From: Eledone cirrhosa
Taxonomy: Eukaryota
Direction of reading: 5' to 3'
Length of the DNA: 64,000 bases
NCBI GenBank assembly: GCA_964016885.1
Contig: OZ024758.1
Location: forward strand, 7,874,001 to 7,938,000
The position numbers and the translations under genes were made by a program. The notes under the pieces were generated by a model, which worked only from the letters and a program-made list of their open reading frames with translations, ran no database searches and was not told where the DNA came from. Below, piece after piece: positions 1-13,148 of this stretch (positions are counted from its first letter, which is position 1; each line of letters begins with the position of its first letter).

Positions 1-155
1 AATTGTCCCACTTGAGTCAAGAGTGATCGGGTGACCATACTGCTGGATGCCCTTCCTAACACCAACCACGTTTACAGTGTGGACTGGGAGGTTTTAACTG
101 TGTTACCTACACAGCCACATTACAGCGTGGACTGTGTGCTTTCTTATGACATGAC
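1..155 (-). mobile_element. SINE 3' remnant (RTE-tailed family) with two copies of the 48-bp-type segment
   Basis: ttgtcccacttgag...ctggatgcccttcctaacaccaaccac-tttacagtgtggactgg matches the copies at 57669-57910, 47252-47422 and 38871-39033. Confidence 0.7.
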
Positions 156-1028
156 ATTGAAGGACTTTTTGTCCATTTTGGAGACAGTTCTGCAATGCAT
201 GTCCATAAAAAGCCCAGTAATAAATTTAGCAAGAAACCACCAAAAAAAAAAAAACCCATTGTTCTATCATCCTTCAAACTAAGCCTAGACATTGTTTTCT
301 CTTTGTTTCATATCAATGTTCAGAATAATTTGGCTCAAAACTTTCACTCACATCTAAATACATGTTCAAAATATTTCCTAACACAAGTTTTTGCTGTCTC
401 CTTTTAGTAACATTTTCTATTAAATTTGAATCAAATTCTAGTTTTATCTTGAAAAATTCTCCATGTTATCAGACATCTGTTGAGTTGTTTTAACTCTTAA
501 CATCATGTACCTTGTGAAACCACATTACCAAGAGTTTCTTGAAAAGTAAACAGTATTATGACTGCATCACATCAAAAGCTAAACTATTTACTTTAGTTTA
601 ATGTGAATTTTTACAAGAATCTTTCCTAGTAAAGATTATATTAACTTTTGATTTAACAAATCTTTTTTAGGTATTTTCTGTTAAATTATTAGAGGGTGTT
701 AAGAGTTAAATGATGGCTAGTTTTCTTGTTAGTTTATGTATCAAGTTCAAAATTGAGTGCAGTTTTCCAATGCACTTTGAGTGACATGTTCTTAAAACTT
801 ATACAGTCTGGTACACAGAAACACAAACTCACAGTTGTGAATGTCATAGAAGTTTTATTTGAAATTCATATCTAAAAAATGCATAAAATATAAATGTATG
901 CTAGTAATGTTGTTTCTGCTGTTAAGCTTTCTCTTGCTATTGCCTAACTTGTTAGGAATGTGAATACCCTACCAGAATATACTGTTTTTGACAGCTTATA
1001 AGACACATTATTTTTTTTTTCCAAAAAA

Positions 1029-1149
1029 ATGTCCCAGAAAATTACCCACCAGTTTATAAGGACAAGGGTCAGTTTGTGTTACTGGCTAAATGTCCCAGAA
1101 AATTACCCACCAGTTTATAAGGACAAGGGTCAGTTTGTGTTACTGGCTA
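1029..1149. repeat. Exact tandem duplication, period 61 bp
   Basis: atgtcccagaaaattacccaccagtttataaggacaagggtcagtttgtgttactggcta occurs twice (gtccc at 1031 and 1092). Confidence 0.95.
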
Positions 1150-1286
1150 GTGGAGTTCTAGTGCTGCAGTGACCCTTAAATTAAACTGAAAATATAAACA
1201 AGCTGGTGATCGCTTCTACACCAACACTGGCAACTATTTAATGTACTAAAATATTAGTTTAAACCCATTTATTTATTATTTTTTAG

Positions 1287-1330
1287 ATACCTGTCTAAAT
1301 TGCGGTACATCGTATAAGCCATTAAATATG
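1287..1330 (+). CDS. Candidate 44-nt internal exon, (D)TCLNCGTSYKPLNM, with a CxxC motif
   Basis: T-rich tract ending ttttag as acceptor; ATG|gtattt as donor; only one frame open across it; non-repetitive; product not recognised. Confidence 0.3.
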
Positions 1331-3670
1331 GTATTTTAGTTTACACTTTAGAAAGTAATTTATTATTTAAACATTGATGAAGATTTCTGGTCTTTTACTA
1401 ATCTACGCAAGATTTGTCTCCGGTCTATTTAGGAGGACAGTAACAATGAATAAGAACTGTTCTGGACCAGACTGTGACAACTTGTCCAACCCATGCAAGC
1501 ATGGAAAGCTGTCATAAAATGATGAGGTGTGAAATAGATTTAATGCTATGACTGTGTACTGCATTTTTTTCTTTTAAGATATTGAATGTTCATCATTTAT
1601 TCAGTATAGAAAATCTCTGAATGTGTTGAGAAGCCATTCACATTATAGGAGAATAATTGAGCAGTATCTAATAAACACAAAACATTACTAAAGGGGGAGA
1701 AAGAAAGAAGGATCAAACAGTGAAAGAAAGGGAAGTAGGAGAGACATTCTCTACACCCCCAGACTGACCACTGCTTCAGCCGTGGACAAAACGCAGAGTA
1801 TGGCCAGAGACACCTGCTGCAGCAGTAGCAGCCCCCCCCCCCCCCCCCCCCCCCCCACATCTCAGCGCTCCTTCCTCAAGCAGATCACTATCTGTCTAAC
1901 TTCACAGAGGCAATCATCAGTGCGGTGACCAAAGACACCAGAGATCAGTGCAAAGTGGTCAGTCAGGCCCCAGTATTTAACTATTTTCCTCTACTCTGTA
2001 TTGCAAGCAGCAGGGCCCGGGTTTGTGGCACGAATGACAAGTTTGGGAGCAGAGAATGAGCAGCTGCACGTTGCATCCCAAATTAGGGATTTGCTCCCTT
2101 GAAAGGGAAGAGGGTTTATTACTTGTTCTGAAGAATTAGAAAAGATATTTTAAAATGTATGATGTAGCAGCAAGATCTGCCCCGTTAAGACATGCTACCT
2201 ACCTCCTGAAACTATTAAAAGTAGTGAATGAGTGACCAATATTTTAGATTCTTAATTGTTTTACTTGCAAAACTATCTACACACATTTCTAGGCTTTTAA
2301 TTTTGTTTGATATTTAGATATTTTCACAAGATTTCTCTCTAATACCTATGTAGCTTATATGCTTAAAGAAGTGACCTTTATCTATCAGCACTTATGTAAA
2401 CTTCCTCTGGAGTTTCTAATCTGAAGGATAATTATTAGGTGAAGGAAATAGGACATTTCTGGATTTTTCTATCCCATCAAGTAATTCAAAAAATGAGAAA
2501 TTATTCTATCACAAAATTAGCATTTTTGAGTGTTTATTTCTTCTTCCTATGCATTATACAGAAATATATACAATTTTTGATGTGCAGAAATTAAAGTATA
2601 GCTTTCTAATTTACTGAATTCTTTTTTTAACCATCACCATATTTCATTGTTCTCTATAGCATTTAAGGTATCTCTTTTATTTTAATATTTTAACATCATT
2701 GATTATTTCTCACTTTCCATTATTTTTATTTATCTATTTTTCCTCAAAGACACTGTTTTTTTGTTGTTGTTGTATTTTGGCTTTTTCTCATATTTTTCTT
2801 TTCCATTTTATCTCTTTCAAATTGACAATAGAAAACCTTCATGATGAAGTACTTCAAAATCCTTTCAAATTCCTATTCATTTATAGTTTTGTTTTCACTA
2901 TTTACCACATTAATTATTTTGTCATTTGTACCATGGTAATATTGTTTTGGGTTGGGGTTTGGTATGGGTTTGGTTTGGTTTGGTTTGGAAGAAATTCTTC
3001 TGAATTGATTTGTTTCAATTGCTTTTGAAATCACATTGATTTATGATTTTCCAACAGTGGTTGTTAAAATTTTAATCTACCTATTTATTCGTTCAGTCAT
3101 TCATTGCATGCCTGATTCTAAACTGTTATCTGTCATCTTACATATTTCCAGAGTTTGTTCAAGTTTTCCTACAAAAATCCAAACTTTTACATTTAAGAAA
3201 TCAAAGAGATTTCCCCCACCCCAGGAATTGATTTTAATACTTTTATTGATATAATCCTCTAGAATTACTTATAGATGTTGCTTATCTTTCAAAAACTGAT
3301 TTACCCTCACATCCTTTGATCCTAACTTAATATTTTCGATATATATATATTTGTAATTCATTTTGTTGCTGTTTGTCTTTAAATCCATTCAGATAATTCA
3401 TTAAACAACTAAGAAAGTTTTTCTTTGAAAATACACAAATACCTTTTTTTTTAATTAAGATATCGGGATTTTCATGAAGAGTTATGAAATATGTCAAATT
3501 ACTTATAGAAGGTTAATCTCCAGTTCTGTTAATTAATTGCTAAACACAGGTGTAACAGCTTTGTTAATTAATGTCATGTCACCAGGTTAGTTTCTGATAC
3601 TTTTTTAAGACAATATGTAAATGGTTTATTTACGCATGCATTCTTTTTATCATTAATTATATTATATTAT

Positions 3671-3856
3671 TGGTGGATTGGCAGTATCGGTAGAGGGTCA
3701 GACGCCATGCTTTGAAGCATAGAGTTACCTCCCTTTACGATCTGAGTTCAAATCCCGCCGAGGTTGACTTTGCCTTTCATCCTTACGGGGTCGATAAAAT
3801 AAAGTACCAGTAATGCACTGGGTAATTGCTGGCCTTGTGCCTAAAGTAGAAACAAA
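3671..3856 (+). mobile_element. tRNA-derived SINE with Nin/Deu-type central domain
   Basis: Pol III-like head (tggcagtatcggtag...gagttcaaatcc), core gcctttcatccttacggggtcgataaaataaagtaccag, tail ggccttgtgcctaaagtagaaac. Confidence 0.9.
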
Positions 3857-3879
3857 TAATTATATTATATTATATATAT

Positions 3880-4044
3880 ATAGGAAAAGAATCAGGACCC
3901 CAACAGCTGAGCTCCGGCCTTTTCAACAGCTAGAACGAGTTCAGATCTAGCTGTCGAAACGGCCGGAGCTCAGCCGCTGGGGTCCTGACTCTTTTCCTAT
4001 TACCCTAAGTATCGAGTACTCTGGTGTGTTATCGTCCACCTGGT
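3880..4044. mobile_element. Palindromic element in (TA)n: 55-bp arms, 11-nt loop, unique tail
   Basis: Arms 3880-3934 and 3946-4000 are reverse complements with 5 mismatches; tail homologous to 33716-33767. Confidence 0.75.
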
Positions 4045-4066
4045 TATATATATATATATATATATT

Positions 4067-4716
4067 AGGGCAATGGATTAGAGTATAATTAGAGTGTCAG
4101 ACAACATGCTTTGGGGCATTGAGTTACGTCCCTTTACATTCTGAGTTCAGATTAGCTTTGGATTTCATCCTTACAGATAAAATAAGGTACCAGTAACATA
4201 CTGAGGTCAATTTAATCTTTCCCCTCCCTAAAATTGTTGGCCTTGAGCCTAAATCAGAAACCATTATAAACATATAGTTAAGGGCGGTGGATTGGCAGTA
4301 TCGGTAGAGGGTCAGACGCCATGCTTTGAAGCATAGAGTTACCTCCCTTTATGATCTGAGTTCAAATCCCGCCGAGGTTAACTTTGCCTTTCATCCTTAC
4401 GGGGTCGATAAAATAAAGTACCAGTAATGCACTGGGATAATTGCTGGCCTTGTGCCAAAAGTAGAAACAATTATTAACATATAGTGTGGGGGGCGGGGGG
4501 TTAGCAGTTTTGGTAGAGCAAGGGGCAAGATGGTTTGTGGCAAAGAGTTATTGCCCTTTATGTTCTGAGTTCAAATCCCACCAAGGTTAGCTTCCTTTCA
4601 TCCTTACAGGGTTGATAAAATAAAAATAAAAAAACCAGTAATACACTGGGGTCAATTTAATCGGCTTTCTCTTCCCTGAAATTGTTGGCCTTGTGCCTAA
4701 ATCAGAAACCATTATT
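4067..4716 (+). mobile_element. Three head-to-tail Nin-domain SINEs (4067-4267, 4280-4475, 4488-4716)
   Basis: Each has head, tttcatccttac core and ggcctt...aa tail; middle copy flanked by 10-bp direct repeat aacatatagt (4269-4278, 4476-4485). Confidence 0.85.
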
Positions 4717-5735
4717 AATTATGTTATTGGTTTGGTTTAGTGGAAGGGGCTAGGCCCGTGGCATTTCTAGTCCTACCCCGAGACCTGATAGATCAACATG
4801 GTTAATATTCCTCTTGAAGAGTTGATGACTACTGGGAAGATATGTACAGGAAGGGAATTCTAGAAGACAAACATTCTGTGTTGAGAAGACTGACCATAGC
4901 GGGGGAATGTATATGCAGGGTTGAATTTAGACCTTTGGGAGCCCATCATACAGTCAAAATTAGAATATACAGCAAACCCCATCAATTTTACATATCAAAG
5001 TTAGCTTGGTACAAGTAATTGGAATTGAAAAGTTATATAGATGGTATTAAATTAAAAAATTCTAACCATCCTCTAAAAAGCCCAGCTGAGGGCACAAATA
5101 AATTGCTATGGCTGTCACTGGTGGAGTCCCCACTACAGGGGACCCAGGGTGATTGCTCCCCATTAAATCTGGCCCTGTATGTATGTTATTCTGGTTTTAT
5201 AATTTCTATAAAAATCTATAAAAATCATTTAAGTTATTGTCTTAGTAATAAAATACATATTTTTTTTTTTTAGTAAATTCTTCAATATTCTTTATTATTT
5301 AACTGAAATAAAGTGTATTCCATTAGATATAAAGTCACAAAAGAGTTAATTGGTAAAATATTTTCGTGCAGTGTGTATAGATATGAATAAACTTGTCGAT
5401 GATTACATCAACACCTTGGATCCAACAGCTTGACTGGATATTTGGATGTATAGTTTAAATAGTTTTGTATTTTGTATTTAAGGAAGAATATTTTTCTCCT
5501 AGTATTCTTCATCCACTTCAGTTTTTCTTGACACTTTCAATAACATGGGAAAATTCAAAGACCTACTTATGACATCTCTTCTCCTATATCATCTGTGTCA
5601 TACCTGCTAATATTTTTATATGAATGTATTAGTGTGGATAAAAGATATAATTATGTATCACCCTCTCTTCTTCTTTCTCTTCCTCCCCCCCCCCCCCACC
5701 GTCTCTGTGTCATTGGCTCCTCTCCTCCCTCTCCT

Positions 5736-5912
5736 TCATACACACACTCACACACACACTCATACATTCATACATACATTCACACATACACTCACTCATA
5801 CACTCACACACTCATACTCTCTCACACACACACACACACACTCACACATACACTCACACACACACTCCTACACTCAATCACACACACACACACTTATACA
5901 CACATATGTATA
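5736..5912. repeat. (CA)n-rich microsatellite
   Basis: Imperfect cacaca/catacat run. Confidence 0.9.
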
Positions 5913-6262
5913 TATTCCAGTGAATCATCGAGAAATCCAATTCTGAAGAAATCTTCTCTCCTGATTGGAATAGAAAGAGATAATTATAAAATATTTACTT
6001 TTATTTTATTTCATTCTGTTAAAATTTTACAGAATTTTACAAACAAGATGCCAGGAAGATTGTACTTAATCTGATATAAAGTTTAAAATAGACTGTAGAA
6101 TTGCTGACAATTCATAGAACATTGAATGCTGCGAAATTGGAAACACTGATCTAAAATTTAATTTTAGTTGCTCGTCATTGCAAAAATAAACAAAAACAAA
6201 CAAAAAGAAACGTTTATTATTTCTATTTATTAGTGTCATGATAAACATTATTGGTTCTATGA

Positions 6263-6827
6263 TAAAATGCACCCAGTACACTCTGTAATGTGGTGGTGCT
6301 GGTGCCACAAAATAAATGCACCCAGCATAAGCTGTAAAGTGGTGGTGCTGGTGCCACAAAATAAATGCACCCTGTACATTCTGTAAAGTGGTGGTGCTAG
6401 TGCCATAAAGAATGCACCCTGTACACTCTAAAAAGTGCTGGTGCCACAAAAAAAATGCATCCTGTACACTCTGTAAAGTGGTGCTGGTTCCACAAAATAA
6501 ATGCACTCAGTATAAGCTGTAAAGTGGTGGTGCTGGTGCCATAAAAAATGCATCCTGTACACTCTGTAAAGTGGTGGTGGCGCTGGTGCCACAAAAAATG
6601 CACCCTGTACACTCTGTAAAGTGGTGATACTGGTGCCACAAAAACAAAATACACCCAGTATACACTTGTAAGATGTTTAGCATTAGAAAAGGCATACAGC
6701 CACATGAATCATGCCAAATATGGAACATATGAACAAGATGAGTCTGCTCTAACCAGTAAGGGTTTGGACCATAACAACCATTCAAACCCATGCCAAAATG
6801 GAAAGCAGATATAAAATGATGATGATG
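6263..6827 (+). mobile_element. RTE-tailed SINE 3' part with about 8 degenerate ~47-bp tandem units
   Basis: Repeats of aaatgcacccagtacactctgtaaagtggtggtgctggtgccac, then gcattagaaaaggcatacagc and tail ccatgccaaaatggaaagcagatataaaatgatgatgat. Confidence 0.8.
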
Positions 6828-6835
6828 CTGTGTCA

Positions 6836-7290
6836 GTGGGCTTGTAGATTTGGTGGAATAGTGGACACACCACTTAGTAGAATTTAGTTATACCCCTTTC
6901 GATTCTAAGTTTAAATCCCGTCAGAATTAACTTTGCTTTATATCCTTTGGGGATTGTTAAGGTAAAGTACGAAGCCATGTGGCAGAGAATTGGTAGAGTC
7001 GTTAAAATGTTGGATGGAATGCTTTGTAGTGTTTGTTTTAGAACTCTGTTCTCTGAGTTCAAATCCCGCCATAGTCAACTTTGCTTTTCATCCTTTCGGG
7101 GTCGATAAAAAGTACCAGTCTAGTACTGGGGTCAATTCTTCCTCTATAACTCTCTCTCTCTCTTTCCTTCATTAGAAGAGATCTGATGTATTGAAACCTG
7201 GAGATTGATAGGGTCCACCAGGTTCGAAAATGCCCAAGAAATGTCATATGTCAATGCCACGGCCCTACGGGGTCCCTCAGGAGGTATAGC
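6836..7290 (+). mobile_element. Two Nin-domain SINEs; the second has an alternative CT-rich and unique 3' tail
   Basis: Degenerate core near 6930-6970, core at 7075-7118; tail atctgatgtattgaaacctggag...aaaatgcccaagaaatg is shared with 17590-17670 and 23505-23650. Confidence 0.75.
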
Positions 7291-7310
7291 ATCATACATA
7301 CATACGTACA

Positions 7311-7460
7311 TCATTTTACGTCACCTTTTCCTTGCTTGCAAGGATGGGACGGGTCTTTTTCAGCACAGCATGTCTCCATTCGTCACAGTCCTTCGTCATC
7401 TCCTCTGTGAGCTTCAGCGATCTGAGATCAGCTCTCACAACCTCCGCCTATGTTTTTCGA
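7311..7460 (-). mobile_element. RTE-clade LINE 3' end
   Basis: Minus strand reads RKT*AEVVRADLRSLKLTEEMTKDCDEWRHAVLKKTRP, homologous to 34610-34892, then tail ending gtaaaatgat. Confidence 0.85.
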
Positions 7461-7539
7461 GCCAATTCCACTCTCTGAACAGCAGTAGTCATAACCCCAA
7501 AAGAAGAAAAGATCAACATCATCAGTAACTACTGATACG

Positions 7540-7890
7540 CAGGTTTAATGTCGGAGTTATCCCGGTTTCGAGTTGCCTTCTCCCAGAAGAAAACCCTGAC
7601 AAAGGCTAGGGGTCCTTCACTCCCAGTGGTTTAACTGCGCGATCGGGTATCCAGCCCAATTATTTCTATGTCCCTGCGCATATACATACACATGTATATA
7701 CATATTTACACAATTTTGGATGGCCGTTGACTCTTATGAGTTCTTCCACCCTTTGTCAGGTTTTGTTTTTTTGTCCTGCAGGGTGGCCAAAATCACCCTC
7801 CTTACAAGTAAACTTGGTGGGGTTGCCTGTTTAGTCGTCGACGACCCGACCATGTAACAGGTTGTACTGGGTTACATGTTACCAGTAGCA
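7540..7890 (-). mobile_element. Two GC-richer segments resembling RTE-type 5' UTRs (7540-7680, 7716-7890)
   Basis: Minus strand contains ttctgggagaaggcaactc and aaaacctgacaaagggtggaagaactcataagagtcaacggccatcc, recalled as RTE leader motifs; not verified. Confidence 0.4.
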
Positions 7891-8239
7891 TACAGACATA
7901 TAAACAGACAGACACACACATACCAGTCAATATAAGCAACTCTCCTTCCTCCCATACAATCCAAATTGCTGGCCTTGTGCATAAATTAGAAATCAATATT
8001 TCAATTCATGACATTATAGTATCCCCTCATTCCCGTTGTTTCTATTTTACAAGCCACACCTTCGTAATTAGATATCACCATACTGTCTAATTTAGTGTAA
8101 ATTATAACCTCCAATATATCTTCTCAACATATATATCAACACAAGTCCTTTATTGTTACTGAACAAGAGAACTAATTTCTATATTACTATATTACATCTC
8201 ACTATAACTGTGTGTATTTCTCTGAGTTTCATTTCCTTG

Positions 8240-8525
8240 TTTTGTGCCTGTCTCTGTGTGTGTGTTTGTGTGTTTCTTTGTGTGTATGTTTTGTGTATTG
8301 TTCGTGTATGTTTTATGTGTATGTGTTATGTGTGTGTTTTATGAGTGTGTGTATGTGTTTGTGAGCATTTTGGGTTTGTTTTGTGTTTGTGTTGTGTTTT
8401 GTGTTTATTTTTTCACATGTGTGTTTTTGTGTTTGTGTGTATGTGTATATATATGTGTGTTTTGTGTGCATGTTATGTGTATATATGTGTGTTTGTCTGT
8501 ATGTCTGTGTATTGTATGTGTATTT
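8240..8525. repeat. (TG)n-rich low-complexity tract
   Basis: Imperfect tgtgtg/tatgtg run. Confidence 0.9.
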
Positions 8526-8727
8526 TCCCATGTAGCCATCATAAGACTCATGTGATAGATCTCCCCACTGATATATCTTACCTTAACTCTACAACTGACT
8601 TCTAACAAACCAACTTATGTAATTACCATTCTTTATTGTTCACTAATATTTTCTTTTCTAACCATACCTCATTATATATGATTTATCTGTTTCTTTCTAA
8701 ACAAATTACATTCCCATTTATTTATCA

Positions 8728-11179
8728 CTACTACTGCCTTATAACTGGATCATATAGTCTTATTACTACTGCCTTATAACTGGATCATAGTCTTATTACT
8801 ACTGCCTTATAACTGGATCATATAGTCTTATTACTACTGCCTTATAACTGGATCATAGTCTTATTACTACTGCCTTATAACTGGATCATAGTTTTATTAC
8901 TACTGCCTTATAACTGGATCATAGTCTTATTACTGCCACTGCCTTATAACTGGATCATAGTCTTATTACTACTGCCTTATAACTGGATCATAGTCTTATT
9001 ACTGCCACTGCCTTATAACTGGATCATAGTCTTATTACTACTGCCTTATAACTGGATCATAGTCTTATTACTACTGCCTTATAACTGGATCATAGTCTTA
9101 TTACTACTGCCTTATAACTGGATCATAGTCTTATTACTACTGCCTTATAACTGGATCATAGTCTTATTACTGCCACTGCCTTATAACTGGATCATAGTCT
9201 TATTACTACTGCCTTATAACTGGATCATAGTTTTATTACTACTGCCTTATAACTGGATCATAGTCTTATTACTACTGCCTTATAACTGGATCATAGTCTT
9301 ATTACTACTGCCTTATAACTGGATCATAGTCTTATTACTACTGCCTTATAACTGGATCATAGTTTTATTACTACTGCCTTATAACTGGATCATAGTCTTA
9401 TTACTACTGCCTTATAACTGGATCATAGTCTTATTACTACTGCCTTATAACTGGATCATAGTCTTATTACTACTGCCTTATAACTGGATCATAGTCTTAT
9501 TACTACTGCCTTATAACTGGATCATAGTTTTATTACTACTGCCTTATAACTGGATCATAGTCTTATTACTGCCACTGCCTTATAACTGGATCATAGTCTT
9601 ATTACTACTGCCTTATAACTGGATCATAGTCTTATTACTACTGCCTTATAACTGGATCATAGTCTTATTACTACTGCCTTATAACTGGATCATAGTTTTA
9701 TTACTACTGCCTTATAACTGGATCATAGTTTTATTACTACTGCCTTATAACTGGATCATAGTCTTATTACTACTGCCTTATAACTGGATCATAGTCTTAT
9801 TACTACTGCCTTATAACTGGATCATAGTTTTATTACTACTGCCTTATAACTGGATCATAGTCTTATTACTACTGCCTTATAACTGGATCATAGTCTTATT
9901 ACTACTGCCTTATAACTGGATCATAGTCTTATTACTACTGCCTTATAACTGGATCATAGTCTTATTACTGCCACTGCCTTATAACTGGATCATAGTCTTA
10001 TTACTACTGCCTTATAACTGGATCATAGTCTTATTACTACTGCCTTATAACTGGATCATAGTTTTATTACTACTGCCTTATAACTGGATCATAGTCTTAT
10101 TACTGCCACTGCCTTATAACTGGATCATAGTCTTATTACTACTGCCTTATAACTGGATCATAGTCTTATTACTGCCACTGCCTTATAACTGGATCATAGT
10201 CTTATTACTACTGCCTTATAACTGGATCATAGTCTTATTACTACTGCCTTATAACTGGATCATAGTCTTATTACTACTGCCTTATAACTGGATCATAGTT
10301 TTATTACTACTGCCTTATAACTGGATCATAGTCTTATTACTACTGCCTTATAACTGGATCATAGTCTTATTACTACTGCCTTATAACTGGATCATAGTCT
10401 TATTACTACTGCCTTATAACTGGATCATAGTCTTATTACTACTGCCTTATAACTGGATCATAGTCTTATTACTACTGCCTTATAACTGGATCATAGTCTT
10501 ATTACTACTGCCTTATAACTGGATCATAGTCTTATTACTACTGCCTTATAACTGGATCATAGTCTTATTACTACTGCCTTATAACTGGATCATAGTCTTA
10601 TTACTACTGCCTTATAACTGGATCATAGTCTTATTACTACTGCCTTATAACTGGATCATAGTCTTATTACTACTGCCTTATAACTGGATCATAGTTTTAT
10701 TACTACTGCCTTATAACTGGATCATAGTTTTATTACTACTGCCTTATAACTGGATCATAGTCTTATTACTGCCACTGCCTTATAACTGGATCATAGTCTT
10801 ATTACTACTGCCTTATAACTGGATCATAGTTTTATTACTACTGCCTTATAACTGGATCATAGTCTTATTACTACTGCCTTATAACTGGATCATAGTTTTA
10901 TTACTACTGCCTTATAACTGGATCATAGTCTTATTACTACTGCCTTATAACTGGATCATAGTCTTATTACTACTGCCTTATAACTGGATCATAGTTTTAT
11001 TACTACTGCCTTATAACTGGATCATAGTCTTATTACTGCCACTGCCTTATAACTGGATCATAGTCTTATTACTACTGCCTTATAACTGGATCATAGTCTT
11101 ATTACTGCCACTGCCTTATAACTGGATCATATAGTCCTATCATTACTACTGCCTTATAACTGGGTCATATAGTCTTATT
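8728..11179. repeat. Minisatellite, 33-bp unit, about 73 copies
   Basis: Unit ttattactactgccttataactggatcatagtc, with gtttt and 36-bp (tactgccactgcc) variants. Confidence 0.98.
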
Positions 11180-11481
11180 GACAATGGATGGTATTATACA
11201 TGTTTCTTGTCTATATTAATGAACACTATCTACATATGGTGGTCCCTTTACTGAGAATAGATGGTGTTATGCATGTTTCATTGCCTATATTGATAAACAT
11301 TTGTGTACAGTTAGTATTTGAGTCAACTATAGGGAGAAATATCCATGGTGATTGGCGAAACTAGTTTGTGTCACAGTACTAGATGATTGGGGCTGGGTAT
11401 TACCATGGTTTCACATTTACTAAGATGACCCTGTACATTGTGTTACACCTTGTTTTACTGTACTCTGTGTGTGTAGATACA

Positions 11482-11720
11482 GCATGGCGAAATGGTTAAG
11501 AAGTTCTCGTCACAAACAATCTGGTATGTACCTTTAGAAACAATTGATCCCACTGCATGTCATTTTGAGCAGGTGTCATTGAGCCTCAGGTAAACACAAG
11601 ACTTATTCATATTGGGTAGACAGAAACTGTTTGAAAGCCTGTCAGATGGACTGTACCTGTAATTCAAAATGTCAGCTTTATCACACATTGTGACACCACT
11701 GAATATGTATAAAAGTTACC
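11482..11720 (+). mobile_element. Degenerate tRNA-derived SINE
   Basis: Head gcatggcgaaatggttaagaag, ttgagcaggtgtc-like domain, ggtagacagaaactg. Confidence 0.5.
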
Positions 11721-12252
11721 TTAAAGTTTCTTCTTCTTCTTCTCCTTCTTTGCCTTCTTCTTCTTTGCCTTCTTCTTCTTCTTCTTCTTCCAAAAGCATT
11801 GCCCTAGAGAATGGCCAGGGACACCCACTGCATCAGCCGCCCCACCTGACAGGTCTTTCTCCCTCAAGTGAGCTGCTTTTTTTTACCATTTTGGAGAGCA
11901 GAATCCTCAGATTCTTTCTAAATGTACATACCAGATTGTCTGTGAATGCTTTAATTACTTTCAAATTAATATCATGAGTGGGCTGTCCCATTGATTGCGA
12001 AACAGGAATATTTATTGACAAAACCACCGGAAGGACGTCCATTCCACAGCATGTCGACATTTCGTCCATTATTGATTGCCCAATGGGTTGCAGTTGTGTA
12101 ATGCCACTACAGCTATGACATTTAAGATCTGCTCAGTTTCTAGAAGGCCTCTTATCTGTTGGGTTAACATTGTATCTGTTTTTGCTTCTATTACTTCAAT
12201 CAATCAAAGGTTATTGAAAAATGAATTGATTATGGTAAGGTTGATTGATATA

Positions 12253-12700
<448 letters not shown>

Positions 12701-12784
12701 TATATATATATATATATATATATATTAGGTAATAACAAATCCTGCTTTGTGTCTCCCTATTTATATGCATATATATATATATAT

Positions 12785-13112
12785 GGAGGCACATGGCTTA
12801 GTGGTTAGAGCATTGGCCTTGCAATCGAAAGGTTGTGAGTTCAATTCTCAGACCGGGTGATGTGTTGTTTCCTTGAGCAAGGCACTTTATTTCACATTGC
12901 TCCAGTTTACTCAGCTGTAGAAATGAGATGAGACCCCCAGTCCCTATCATTCCACTGCAAAGTGGTCGTGGAGGTGCCACGTCAAAAAAGCACCCAGCAC
13001 TCACTGTAAATGAGGTTGGTGTTAGGAAGGGCATCCAGCTGTAGAAATCAAGCCAGAATCAGTTCCCGTCCCACCCTTGCAAGCAGGGAAAAGTGGACGT
13101 AAAATGAAATGA

Positions 13113-13115
<3 letters not shown>
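12785..13115 (+). mobile_element. Full-length tRNA-derived SINE with RTE-type tail
   Basis: Head catggcttagtggttagagc...gagttcaattc, ccttgagcaaggcactt domain, tail cttgcaagcagggaaaagtggacgtaaaatga; near-identical to 33982-34319 (-). Confidence 0.92.

Positions 13116-13148
<33 letters not shown>

Noticed and set aside
5943-6065. ctgaaga-aatcttc...gaagatt as a third hammerhead
   Set aside because: The stem is followed by gtac instead of GAAA; no stem I found
8728-11179. CRISPR-like periodicity in this and the other arrays
   Set aside because: Units are contiguous with no unique spacers, there are no cas genes, and the context is eukaryotic
12785-12860. tRNA gene
   Set aside because: The tRNA-like head continues into a SINE body and tail; same for the other A/B-box matches
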